Assembly: GCA_977030845.1 (NCBI GenBank)
Contig: OZ365114.1
Coordinates: 25,420,001-25,484,000, forward strand
Length of the DNA stretch: 64,000 bases
Direction of reading: 5' to 3'
Origin: Fimbriosthenelais zetlandica
Lineage: Eukaryota
This document shows, piece by piece, positions 1 through 12,680 of this stretch. Below the pieces are notes generated by a model. That model saw only the letters and a list, made by a program, of their open reading frames with translations, was not told where the DNA came from and made no database searches. Every line of letters starts with the position of its first letter. The stretch's first letter is position 1. The translations under genes and the position numbers were made by a program.

Positions 1-3000
1 TTCTCTCTGAGTCTAACACATTCCTATCCACAAACCAGTATTCCATGTCTCATACATATTCTTGCTTCATATTGAATAGCCTTGAATTTGACGCTACACA
101 GATCTGTCCGAGTGACATGCTATTCAGACCCTACACACCGAATACCCCCGAAGCTACATCCACCATCACCCATCATATTCTCACTGTGCATTGTCCCAGT
201 GCACATACATTTGTGACTTGATATTGAACATTCATGAATGTTTTATATATCATTTTTGCTTGGAGAATCTGATATCTGAGATAGAATCTCCTCTTTTGGT
301 AGTCAGTTAATTGTTGATTGACTTGTAGGTTAACCAGTCTCTGGGCCTGTAGTACCATCACTATCTAGCCACTCTGTATACATATTTTATCACCACCGAC
401 GTATACATGCACGTATGTAGCCTCATAATCATAAAGATGTCAATGCTGGGTCACAGCTTCCTTGGTATTCTGGACATGGGGCGGCAGGAGGTGAGGCTAT
501 CCTCTATTTCTCGCCGTCTCACCAAGAAATTCCCCTTATGAATGCCAAAGGCAATGGAACTGTCATTCCCAGCCACCTCTCTCGACACTGTCTCAGCCCT
601 ACAGCACCGCCATCCATCCTTCCTCAAAACAGCCCACCACTATCGAATTTACTGTCAAAGTGATTTGCTAAATCTGATATGTCCGAGACAACAATAAGTC
701 CACTGATTACATTTGTCAATAAAGTTATAAGGACACATTGGCATACAACTTGGCAGCTTTTTTTCTCAGTATGGCACTGTCTGGTCCATTGGGAATGAAT
801 TGACTTGGACAACTTAGACTGAGACCTCGGGCAGATTGTCAATATACAGGGTAATTTTGTTTTATAGTTCAGTTGTAATGGCTTTCCATTGATTGCGAGG
901 TATGGACAGAGTGCTGGGGTTTATTGTAGGGGCAGTTCTCTCCCCTCTTTATGTACCTTGCACATTGTGGTTATGGCTCTTTGCACTGCTGAGAATCGAT
1001 GGCAATTTGCATGGCAATGGTATCCATGGAAATGGTCAATGTCAGTGAGAGTCCATGAGTGTGGCAGTGGCAGTGGATGTGCACTTGGCGAGGAGAATCG
1101 ATATAATAAAGTTTGGATATCACTTGCTGGCTGGACTATATATGTGGTATCTCTCCACCTCGGGAAGAATCGCTCATTCTCTCACACCGTGCCTCTCCAG
1201 AGCCTCTCCCGCCCACAGTTCTCCAGGCGATGCCTGCCATCAGTGATTGATGGTCCCTCCTATTCATCTGAAACCTCTGCCGGATCTTTTTCTTTATAAG
1301 GCCTATCTACCAGGCTTGATTGGCAGATCAAATAAATTGTCTTTCGCCAGAAGTACCTGTGGAGTAGTACTCTAGCCATGGGAAAAGGCCAAGCCACAAC
1401 AAGTCTTATAAGGGTCCCTCTCCTTCATGTGATTCCTGACTAAAATTGGTCTCCATACATCACCAAGGCATTCACAGGAATGCTTCTATTCAGGAAGTAC
1501 AGTTATGACAGGAAAGGCATGGAGTCATGCAGAGGCTATTGATTTAGTAGCTGCCCCCAGCACTGCTCATATTAATCATGATGGCTACATAGGAATCATA
1601 TTGACCTGGTAGCATCAAGGGATGAAACCCTTTACTCTAAGACAAATAAGGATCAATAAAATGAACATCATTTCAATATGTGCTATGAATGGGAGTGAGT
1701 TATTCCATTCCCAATACATTTGGTGGATACCACTTTAGATTTCATTGCAAATGCCCTGGTCCCCCCCCCACCCCGCTTGATTATTCCCGTTGGTCCATAT
1801 TATTACGCCGTGAGTACATACTCTGGCCATATAGAAATATGGGTGTGACAGAGAGAGCTGAGCTTGCGTCCCTTCACACCTCACATCAACCTTTAACCTG
1901 ACCTCCTCAGGGAGAACCATTGTTACTGGCCTGACAGCCTGACACGACTCTTCCATTTGGCTGAACTCGCATATACACCAGGGCTCGGGCGGGCTGACCC
2001 TATTGTCCCACCACAAAACCGGGCCTTCCCCTTTATTTGTTTTCATATGGCTGGCCACTTTGTCACTAGAATGGCTTGGACTTGGAATTCACTCATGGGG
2101 CATCGTAATCAATATCGGGTCTCCATAGGTCAGTTATGTATACCACTGACAACCACACTGGTCAGCGCTCTATATTACATTACATCAGTGATTGCTGCCT
2201 TCTTTTATTTTCTCTCGAGGAAGTGTCTTGACATTCAGAATGATTTATTCCTTTTGATTTCCATTTAGATTGATTTCCCCCTCTATTTTTACTCTATTTT
2301 CCACAGCCATTGCTGTGTTTAAGATCAGAAAACCAATTATCAAAATGATTATCTATGCAGCTGCTCATAACTTTAGGCAATGGCTGCATGGTGTGGGGTG
2401 TGCATTCTCCTTAAATAGCTCAGATGAAGCAGTTAGGTTTGACTGGGGGAATTCTGTATATCCTCTTTGAACACTCTACTCTCTGTCTCTCCATGAAGTT
2501 TTATATCTTACATCCTCCGTCCTAGATGACCCTTGATGTGTATTGCTAAGAAGAATAACGATAAAGCCATCGGGTCTAAGTATGTCCCCTCCCTATCAGA
2601 TGAAATCATACAAATCGATGCCAGTGAAGGACATGTACATGTAATCGCATATATATGGATGTTTGGATCCATTCATATATTGTAAGTAACTTACAAATTG
2701 CTATTCCCACTGGTTGAGTATGAGGAGAGAGGAGATGACTGTGTTTTTGTTGTGAACTGTGCTGCAACTTGAGAACATGATGAAATTGGAAGTTTAAAGA
2801 AAATATTGACTGGTGTGACTGTGGTGGTGGATGGGCAGGTGTAAGTCAGAATAATGTCAGACTGACACTGTCTATATAGATGAAGCAAGGCCTAATCCCA
2901 CCCCCAGTCATGTTGACCTACCTCACACACCAACTATAGGTCAATACACAATATCCCCCTTTTCTCCTCCCTCACTGTTGCCTATATATGTGAACCCAGT

Positions 3001-3149
3001 TCGAGTGGACCGACCTACAAAAATACTCAGCTTTTTGTCCCAAAACCTTCACCATCCTTCTAGTCCTGGAGTGCATTTAAATGAGTCTCAAGTGTATTAC
3101 CTGAGGTCAGAGTTCTCATAATAGTTGAGCATTTTAGCTTCTGAGTAAA

Positions 3150-6100
3150 ATGTGCTCAATACAGGGTACAGAACGTAACAATTTAAAGGGAACACTCAGT
3201 ATCTGAAGAGGCAATACTCTGGTGGTTATTTGGGTCTGCTCTGTTGATGACAGGATCTTTTTGGAGGAAGACATATCCCCATTAAGCAATTAGAGAGAAA
3301 TGCCGTGCCTTTAGGCCCCTGTGAGAATATGAATCAAACGCCCATGATTACTCCCCCTGAGGCTAATCATTAACTTTCCAATGATGCTCCCCAATTTATA
3401 AGGGGACGGGATTTATTATTGATTAAACCTAGCATTTAATTCCTTGAGTGACGAAAGAGCTCGGTTTATGCCATTATTATGGTCCTTGAGTAACCATAAA
3501 AAGCCTCTCCTGGATGTGAAGTGCCTTGGGCGAAAATACATGATTGATGATCTTCTCACACTAGAGGAGAAGCATGATGAACTGTGCCTTACCATGGAAC
3601 TTCTGTGTAGGTGATTAACTCTATGCTTTATCTTCCACATTCACCCTTATCACACGGTTAGAATTTCCTTCTCCTTCCATGTAGCAGTCATAAGGAGTTT
3701 ATACACCCGTGATTCTAAATCATGTTTCATTGTATGACATCAAAATGCTTCCTATATTTATGTCTGCTATCTACTGGCATTTGGCGCTGGAAGACTGTTG
3801 AAGCTATAAGCTAAACGGCCAAGTTGACACATCATCTTAAGTCGACAAGAGACGTTCAGGTGTCTCCGAAGGGCAAGATTCTGCCTGAAAGGGTTTTGTG
3901 GCGAGGGGGAAATGACTCCTCCATTCAAAGATGTGGAGGAGCAGCTTTGGCCTGTCACTGCTCCCTCTGCTTTACAACTAACCTTTACAGCTGGCCAGAG
4001 AAAAGGTCCCCTTTTTTGAGCTTGTTCCATTTTTGTGCCTTGCATGTTGCACCTTCCTTCAAAGGAAGCCCTTGAGCAGTGGCCAGCGGTTTCATTACTT
4101 TAGCCTGCGGTGGCCCTTTTTGTGAGGAATCGGTCCATGAAACTTCTTTTTTGTGAATGAACGCTTATCTGACTGCCAATGGTCTCGTGTCATAACCCTT
4201 GGATGTCTCATTTAAATCTCGTGTACATCTCTCTATTCACCCCTTTGCTTTTAGTCTAAGATTGATCTGAGTTCAGTAAATCCACGCCTCCAAGCTTAGA
4301 TGAAATCAATCACTACATTGCTGGATTCCATGGGTTACAGATATGATAGATAACATGAGTATAAGGCATCTACATGAGAGAATACTCGTCTATGTATGTT
4401 TAATCCATCATATTCACCAGGTACGCACTGCCCCATGACGGGAGATGGCACATCAGATGGAGCTCCCCCACCATTACTGATGGGTACAAACTGTACATGT
4501 CCATCAACACTCAGGGAACCATCATCAAATCCATACCTTCATTACCCTTCGCTCCGCTCTACAGAACACCCTGTTAGTTGAGGCTGCTGGAGCAGACATA
4601 TTCACTAACCCGCCTACACTATCATTACACATGAGCAATACTAAGTTATTGGGTTATCTATGTCAGCATTTCTATGTTGCTTGAACCATCAGGATGCGAA
4701 AACATGGGAGTTTGAAGCCCTGAGTTCATATGGGATCGCTCTACCTCTCATCGATATCTGCTGTTCCTATAGGCGGGAGGACTGGGAATTGAGGCGCTGT
4801 TTTTGCTTGTATCGTAGAGATATGATGAATATTCATGGTGGAGGAACAATCCACACTGTCTAAAGCAATTACATCTTCTGCGAGCTTTGCTGCTTGCTTG
4901 TCCTTAATATTAATCGCCCACCCCCAGAGGAATGGGACTAGTGTTGAAAAATTGAACTGTATCAGTGCGCTTAGTTGATGCAAGGAGTGTATTACACTCA
5001 TGAGCTGCTTTATCTTTTCTGACAGTTTGCTGTATCAACTTGGACTGTTACAAATAATCTACTACTTTGTATACAGCTTTTTAGGTCTTAAAATACTGAT
5101 GAGAACACTGTTTATTTATCGTCCCTCCCTCCAAGATAAAACTGTTCATGGACAAATGAATTTACTTCTTAGCTTGTCAGAGGGATTGGGGTCTTTTATT
5201 CTCCTCATCCTATGATGGATCTCTCTCTACTCGCTACATACCATTAGTAGGTAAGTTATTGTTAATTACTCTGTTTAGTGAGGCCGAGGAAGAGGGACAA
5301 TATACTTGGCCTCAGATCTGACCTGGCACTCATCATGATAGATTATCCTGGTAGATGGCTTCCACAATGTGCCGTGTAGCAGTATACCAAGACAAAAACC
5401 AGGTTTGGCAGCCCCCCTTGCCTGACAATACACCCGCCTATGTTATGACATTATTGTAAGAGTCCTGAGAGGCTGCATGTAGGGCTTGTATATCAAGGCA
5501 TTTACATGGAGGACTATAGGAGGCAGTCCCCTGCTGAGATGCCATTGTCATTTAACAGCCATGGCATAATGGCCACTACTAACATGGATATCAATCCTTC
5601 TTTCTATGACGAATTTCCTTCTGAAAGAGATCATCATGTCTTCCCAGTGCCTCTATTAGGCCATATTTCCATTTGAATCAAATGGGAACATTTTGAGCTC
5701 TTTCAACTACACAGAAGATCCAGTTACTTTTCAACTTCAAAACCTTCCTAATGGTATTTGCGACATAGTGCTTTTCAGTGGGTATACACTCTAAGTGCAT
5801 CAGCTATGTGGCCAGGAGTATTAATGTCCTCCTTTACTGGATGGAAATAATTTCCATTTGCTTCTGACAACATCTTGTGCCATATATCCCTTGACCAAGA
5901 GAGCCCCTTAAAGCCTACATTCAGGCCTGGTCTGCAGGCCAAGTCCTTCATCTCAATGGGCTTTTTGCCTGCTCAGAGGGACGCCGTGTATGCTGCCCTC
6001 ACTACTTTACTTCAGCTACAAGTGCTATCAGCAGTTGTCCTTGGCATCTTGGGAGCCCACTTGGGTTCAGAGCTCCAAATCCCAGCATGCACATTTGACA

Positions 6101-6200
6101 TAAGTAACAGATCTCTACACATATTAACTGGCAGGGAAGCCCAGTGTTCTGCTACGTTTAGGGTTCAGTCCCTATCATGTGATGTTCCCAGTCACGATCT
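3150..6200 (-). mobile_element. Highly decayed BEL/Pao LTR retrotransposon gag-pol relic
   Basis: Minus-strand fragments in BEL order: Cys cluster (ICYLCQMC, ~6110), protease-like ALLVKG (~5890), ADIDER resembling ADIEKAF (~4745), SPVMG and ETSKGY resembling LSPVII and DASKKAY (4150-4450), and integrase-like HNNGINRALSSL (~3440-3480). Many stops and frameshifts; boundaries approximate. Confidence 0.45.
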
Positions 6201-6749
6201 CATGGGTTATGTACAGCAACAAGTCACAGAGCACTGATTGAGCCAAAGCAAACATACTCCCTCCAATATAAACAAACTGAGGTCAGACCAGATCCTTTAC
6301 TGGCTTTACTTACTGAGCCTGTCACCATTGGAGATATCAATGCTACCCGAGTAATGCTTGCTTCTGTGCCACCAGTGCACATTTATGTGCATACTGTTGG
6401 TATGTGCAGGCACAGACCTGACCAAGCTTCCTCTGGTATAGGTCAACATGTGTGATGGTCTTTGGATGATGTAAACTAAGATGGTTTTTATCTGGTCACT
6501 TAGTGACCTTTCAATTATTGATGAGTGGAGATTGAGTATATGAACCGGCCCCGAAGTAACCAGATTTTAAGAATGGTCTTATGGACTTGACATTTCAGAT
6601 TTGCTGTAAGATGCTCAGTCACCTTCTCCGCGATCCCATTCATGAATTATGCATGCACGAGAAGAAAGATTCAATTTCCGTTATTGTGACATCTGGCTGG
6701 TCTACGTCTGAATAGAACAGCCTTGTCAAGTTTTTGTCACAACTTCATA

Positions 6750-8620
6750 GTCTGACCCAACACACCCTTATTTCCTTTATCAAGCAGTATGCCCCCCTGC
6801 CTCCCACAACAGTACACCCACGCGCATTCCCCAGCTCCCATGTTCTTCTCCCTGTCCCAGCAACCCAGATCCAGCTCCCATTTCCCTGCTCCCTAAACAC
6901 CAGTACCCGCATCAACTGCTCGCTCACGGGGTCAGTCCTGTGTCTGTGACCTCTCCTCTGCTTCAGTACCCCCCCCCCCCATTAAGAGCTGCTCCATTAT
7001 GTATTTATAGACTCGATATAAAGCCACATTATAAGCTGGTGGGGACACAGATTCCCCCCTCTAAGTTCTTGCAGCTGAAGGGCCTTTTCCCCGCTGCCTG
7101 TATTGTCCCACCTGCCCTAACACCGATAGCTCACACATGCTTCCTGTAAAAAAACTGTTACATTGATGAGAAAATGGCATTCTTTTATCCCTACAACAGT
7201 CATGAATGCACTATCAGATGCACAGATGTTTTGGCCCATTCTAAAAGGGGAAATAAATTGATAGTTGCCTGAATTGCACTTTGAGACCTCCTTAAACCTG
7301 CCTCAAGATGTACATCAAGATCGTTTGTGGCCCTCTGTGTTCTTTTGTTTTGAGCGGTGAGGATATGTCTGTGGTGTAATTCGCAGAGCAGGCAGGGTGG
7401 CCTAGATGGACTATTATCATGTATGCATGGTCACACTTCTTGTGGCCTGGAAGATGTTGCTTTCATCACGTGACCATCCATGTGTAATAAACCATGAGGG
7501 TGAATAGACTAGGAATTAAGGTGGACCAGCGGTTCTTTCTCTAGATGATTCTCTCTTTGACTAGGGTACTGCCATGGTTGGACAGACCCTGGTCACCGAC
7601 CCTGTGCACATTCTCATGCCCACTCCTCAATGCAAATCCAGCCTCTCGCTGAATCTGGCCTTATTTGATATTGGTCCGAGGAGCAGTTTATAATGCAATG
7701 AGCAAATGGCCCTCCCTTATTGATTGCATCCTGAGAGCACTCTGAGAAGACGAGCTTTTACATGCTCGTGCTTGTGCAGTGATTGACCTCAGGAGAGCTT
7801 TTAAATTGCATTTGCAGAGTTAAAACATGTCTGACATCTTTTATGGACCACTTCTGAAAGGCCTTCATTTGTGGAGAACTGAAATACCCCAACAGACCAT
7901 GACATTGTTGATGCTGAAATAGTTTGTTGGTTTACTTAATCTTTTGCAAGAGTATAGGACAATTGTCACAATGGGAAGAAGTGAATGTGTGGTATACAAC
8001 AATATGCTATCAACATTCTCATCCTATTGAATACTTAGTATGTTTTATACTTTCTGCCCGTCAGTGATCACTAGCACAGAAAGATTGTTCCCGATAGACC
8101 AGGGATACAAAGAATCCCTGCTTCTGAAATATCGTCTGACTGTACCATTGCTATAGTGTAGCAGATGGTAGTGATGGGGATCCAGTCATATGGTCTTCTC
8201 TAAGGATGCAATGACCATGTATCATGGCGATAGAGGAGTATAGATAGCTTCACTAATGACTTGGATAAATCACGTTTACTTGGCATTGAAAGCCAATAGT
8301 GGAGCTATTTGATAGGCACGTTCTCCTATACTAGTAGAAGTTTGACAGCACTGAACTTTATGGACCATACAAAGGCATTATTAAGACTGCGTCTGTAAAA
8401 GGTCATGGGAAGCAGAATGCCCTCCGGATCCTGCCTCCCTTATTGATCTGTCTTGTCTTTGTCAGGGGAAGAGGTTTTATGGGGGAAAAGATTCAGGAGG
8501 AATATTTTCCCCACACATTCTCCTCCTGTGTGATTTACGGTATCACCTTGGAGGCCTTTAGATAGGAAAGGGCTTTTACTGGTTCCTCAAAGAATAAGGT
8601 CCAAAAGCTTTCTTCTACAA
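6750..8620 (-). mobile_element. Decayed non-LTR retrotransposon (LINE) reverse transcriptase relic, possibly I-clade with RNase H
   Basis: Minus-strand motifs in RT order: KASKVIP (~8545), KPLPLTK resembling RPISLTS (8457-8480), DLSKSL resembling DLSKAF (8254-8274), GLSGTIFL (~8080-8105), GMRMCTG resembling ALRICTG (7600-7620). A weak RNase H-like IRVCWV lies at ~6760-6790. Confidence 0.55.
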
Positions 8621-9869
8621 ACTTAACAATTATATCAGTTATATTCATTGTTTTGAGTTATGTCATTCTGGAATAGAAGTTTTCAACCCCCATAACACAG
8701 GATGGTGAAATATTACGTCTCAGAAGAGAAACAAGTTTCACTCTCCATCTCAGGCCTGAGATGTCAAACCTCAACATAAACAGGTCCTCCCAAACCACCA
8801 GTGTCATTAGAAATCGAATGCATTCAACTGAGGGAATTCCCCTCTTGCATTAACTGGTGGTGAAATCATTTTTCCAAGTCATTTCTCCTTGTGAAATATC
8901 AATCAGCGCTGGGATAGAAAAAATTGCTGGCAGCAAGCTAATTTCTCCCGTTGCTTATTTCAGCGTTAATTTCCGCTTTGGCTGTGTTTTAGCTGTGGAT
9001 CTCCCCGTCTCAGCCCACGTAGCCTGGCAGCAGCGATAGGCTGCGACCATCACTGACGTTTATTATCCCTTAAGCATCTTTATGATCCTCCCAATGGTCA
9101 GTCGGGAGATGTTCTCCGTTATCTATTGCTTATCTAAATGGTCATTTTCCTCATGTATCCTCAGCTCCCGATATGAGGACCTTTTCTCCGCTTCCACACC
9201 CTCCTCTCATAAACTCCCCTCATGATCAATACATCTGTCTTGAATAGTTTCAGGAAATATTCCAGAAGCATTTTAAACAATCAGAATTGACGTGTATGAT
9301 TATAACCATAAACAGCCCCTTTTAATGCATGCCTGCCAATATTGCTCTCACTTCTTCGTGAGTTATATGAACTATCAGTTGTGTACCTCAACTATCTGTT
9401 TTTAATTCTGGAAGTCTGACCTTGCATGGCCTGCTGGATCCTTGGTGCACCTGATCCACCAAGGATCTCATTGTACAAAGGCCTGAAGGTGGCAGCAGCA
9501 ATAGATATGAGAGCTAGGAGGCCTCTCCCAGCCACAAACTAACCACTGCTGACAGGTCACTCCTCAAGGCGTGCCCATGGCTCATCCAATCAGAGGCTGG
9601 CCTGGCTATCACGTGACATGCATCATTTGGGCCCTAGTCTTGGAAGTGGCCATCGATGTGTTGTTTGTTGGTATGACATTTTGACGATGACATTGTGACG
9701 TTGGCATGCGACAGGACGCCCAGTGGTTTCATGTTCAAGCCATTGACAGACAGATTGATCTGGGCTGCAAGTTAGAGAGACATGTAAATATTAGTGGCTG
9801 GACTCTTAGACTGTTAAGTAGGTTGAACAGGTCATGCTCTTCCTGCCAGTCGTAGGATAATGTCACCAA

Positions 9870-10200
9870 AGTCATTACTTATGGAAACAGTCCTGCCCAT
9901 ATTCATCACTTTGGAACTTCTTCAGCAGGTCGCTGATCTCTGAAGTTTTCATTATTGAATTGTCCTTGTATTGGCAGAACTGTCTACACATTTCACGAAT
10001 GCCATTATTTGATCGCATCTTACAGTCTCTTCCTGCATATTGTTTTCGAAGTAAAAGAGTAACTGTTCCAAGCCTTGATTTTCCCCCCAAAAAAAGCTCA
10101 TTGCTTGAAATGAGCTCATCTCCCGACTTTCGACTCGCACCTGATTTTGGGAATCTTGGTTTAATGGGATGATGTAAAAAAAATTGGCCTATAATTAAGC
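9870..10200 (-). mobile_element. Possible Gypsy integrase zinc-binding region relic
   Basis: REMCRQFCQYK resembling the integrase CxxC motif, followed by YGQDCFH resembling VGxDLF. Degenerate. Confidence 0.25.
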
Positions 10201-12299
10201 ACACCTCTGCTTGAGGCCTTATTGCCCATCACAAAGCCTCATCTGTCTTGCTCTCTGAGGATGAAGTAATGAAGAAAGGTCGTACTTCCCAGGTGGATGA
10301 TGAATACCTCAGTTATTACCCATTTGGCCCCATCTCTCAGCCCTCTGTGAGTAGTTAACAGGCCTCCTGAAAGCCCTATTACTGGACCCTGTCAAAGGTG
10401 CAAACGTCTGGCCAAGTGAGAGCCTGAAAATCATGTCATGGAAGAACCAACAGGTAAATATTTGGAACAAGACAGTTTAATACCCATCAAGTTTTACTGC
10501 AGCTTAAAAGAGGTTAAAATAAATGACATATTGGTTAGGATGAATGGTAAATGAGGTGACATCCTATAACCGTCATGATGAATTCATTTAATCAAGGAAT
10601 AGACCGAAAATCTGTAAGTCTGAAGAACTACAGTCTGTACCTTGAACAGAACTATAGAATTTTTTGGGGCTGATCGCTTTGAATTCCACTTAATAGATAT
10701 TCTACACTACGTTTGTACATGAGTAGAACCTTCTATTCATCATTATTGTATCTTCATCCTCTATAGATTGAAGCCCGTGGTCAGGGTTTTGGACGTCAGC
10801 TCATGAGCGCCTGTGCACACACCGATACACCACCAGGTGGGCTGTGTGTGCCCTTGGTTTAGAAGCTCAGGACCCTGGGAGGAGATTCATCTCTATACCC
10901 GTTTTCCCCGCTAGCTATGCACCTTCCAATTCCAATATATCCCCGCCTGAACGGCTTAGATAGAATGCTGGATGTCATTTCTATTGGTTGCCTTGACGTG
11001 ACTGATTGATTTGCTCCTCAGAGGCAGCCCTCATGGAGATGGATTACTTTTTGCTCAATTTTCTGTCCTCCAGGTATGAGGTGGAGTCCTGGCTGAGGCA
11101 GAGAAGTGCGTCACCTTCCTGCAAATAAATACAATAATAAATACAATAGTAGGTTAATAGAAAAGAATACCACTCGCCCAATTGTCTGGATAAGACATAA
11201 CTGATCAGTATATATTTAGATCAGAAAACGGGTTAGAAAATGTACTGCTGGTGGGAATAACGGCAGGGAATGTATACGTTTGATAGCAGTCTATTGCGTT
11301 CCAGTTAAGGAGCTAGTGGTACGTATGAACGTTGAATGAACTACAGCTCTCTTTAACACCGTCCCTGTCTACATCACATGCTTTCACTCATGAAGCTAAA
11401 TCCCTTTACATAGAGTTACAATCGATCCAGTTCCTAGATCAAAGCCAGGTTGCTAGCGAGTAGATGGATAGATCTATGATACAGCGTTAATAGAGGCGCT
11501 ATACTGGTGTTTGTGGCTGAGAAAGCTGTGGATAATGGTGTATGAATTATACATGTGAGCCTGCCTTCAAATGCTTGCTCCACCCACACTCTGACAGAGT
11601 GTGATGTAGGAGCTCTCTTTTGTACTATTTTTCCGAGCTCGGGTAAAAAAACTCCCCAGGTTCACACCAAAGAACCACCTTTGAAAGACCCAGCAATTGG
11701 AGAAAAATGGGGTTAATTCATACCATTGATAAAACGGTTAAACTGGTTAAAGCTCCGGTGTGGCCTGTGGAAGCGCAAAGCCCATGTGTTCTATGCTTAG
11801 ATTGCAATTACCCATCATTTATCTTGTAGCAGTACCTATTTCTGCGCTTCTCCGGAAATTGGAAGTAGTACCCAACATGGTCTTTTGGCTCCGGTTCATA
11901 TTCATTTCCTAGCGCCGAAAGAGCAACATGGCGCTTGCGCCTCAGGCACCCTCATTAAATCAGAAAACTGCCAACCTCATGTTAGCATTTACTCCGTGAA
12001 AGTCAGCACTCTCTGATACCAATCATTTTTAAAACATCAGACCACGTTCTGATTGCGAGTTAAGTTAATAACAAAGGAAGTTTTCTGATTCAAGAGAACT
12101 ATCAGAAGGATTAGGTTTGTCGAACGGATAGATTCCCCAAGTGCAATATAAGGATCTAGCTTCCTCCAGTGCAATTCCATTTCGGGTATAAGGGTGACAT
12201 GTTTGTAGAGCATGTGAATTGCAGATAGTGAAGAGTTCCCCTCAGCCTTGCTGAGTGACTGACTCGTGTTGCAGGAAATGTGAGTCTGCTGGCTTGAAG

Positions 12300-12680
12300 T
12301 GGTACTCGGAGGGCTCATCTGTGATGGTTTGTGCCAAGCAGGAGGGCCGTAAAGTGACTGTCGAGTCTGGGATCTTGCCCTCTATACAGCTGCTCTTCCC
12401 AGGGGGGCCAGTATATCGCTGGATGAAGGGTGGGGGCTCTAACAAAGTAGGGTGGGGGTATGAGAGAGAGGTGAATGACATACTGGTGGTAATCGATATG
12501 AACCCCACCTGGTTGACCTGCCCTTTGACATCAGGGTGTTTCCTGGACAGTGTTATAGTACCCTCTGGTCTGTTCACTATTACCATGTACAAATGCTCGT
12601 CTCTACATCTGATGAGGGAAAACAGTCTAGTTCTTCCAGTGTTCAAACTGATATTTTAGCCCATTTTAAGTAGCCAAAGT
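12300..12680 (-). mobile_element. LINE (CR1/L2-like) AP-endonuclease relic
   Basis: Minus-strand motifs in the expected order across frameshifts: LYMVIVNRPEG (~IxxIYRPP), GVHIDY (~GDFNID), SDILAPL (~GNILDLVL), SHF (~SDH). Confidence 0.4.
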
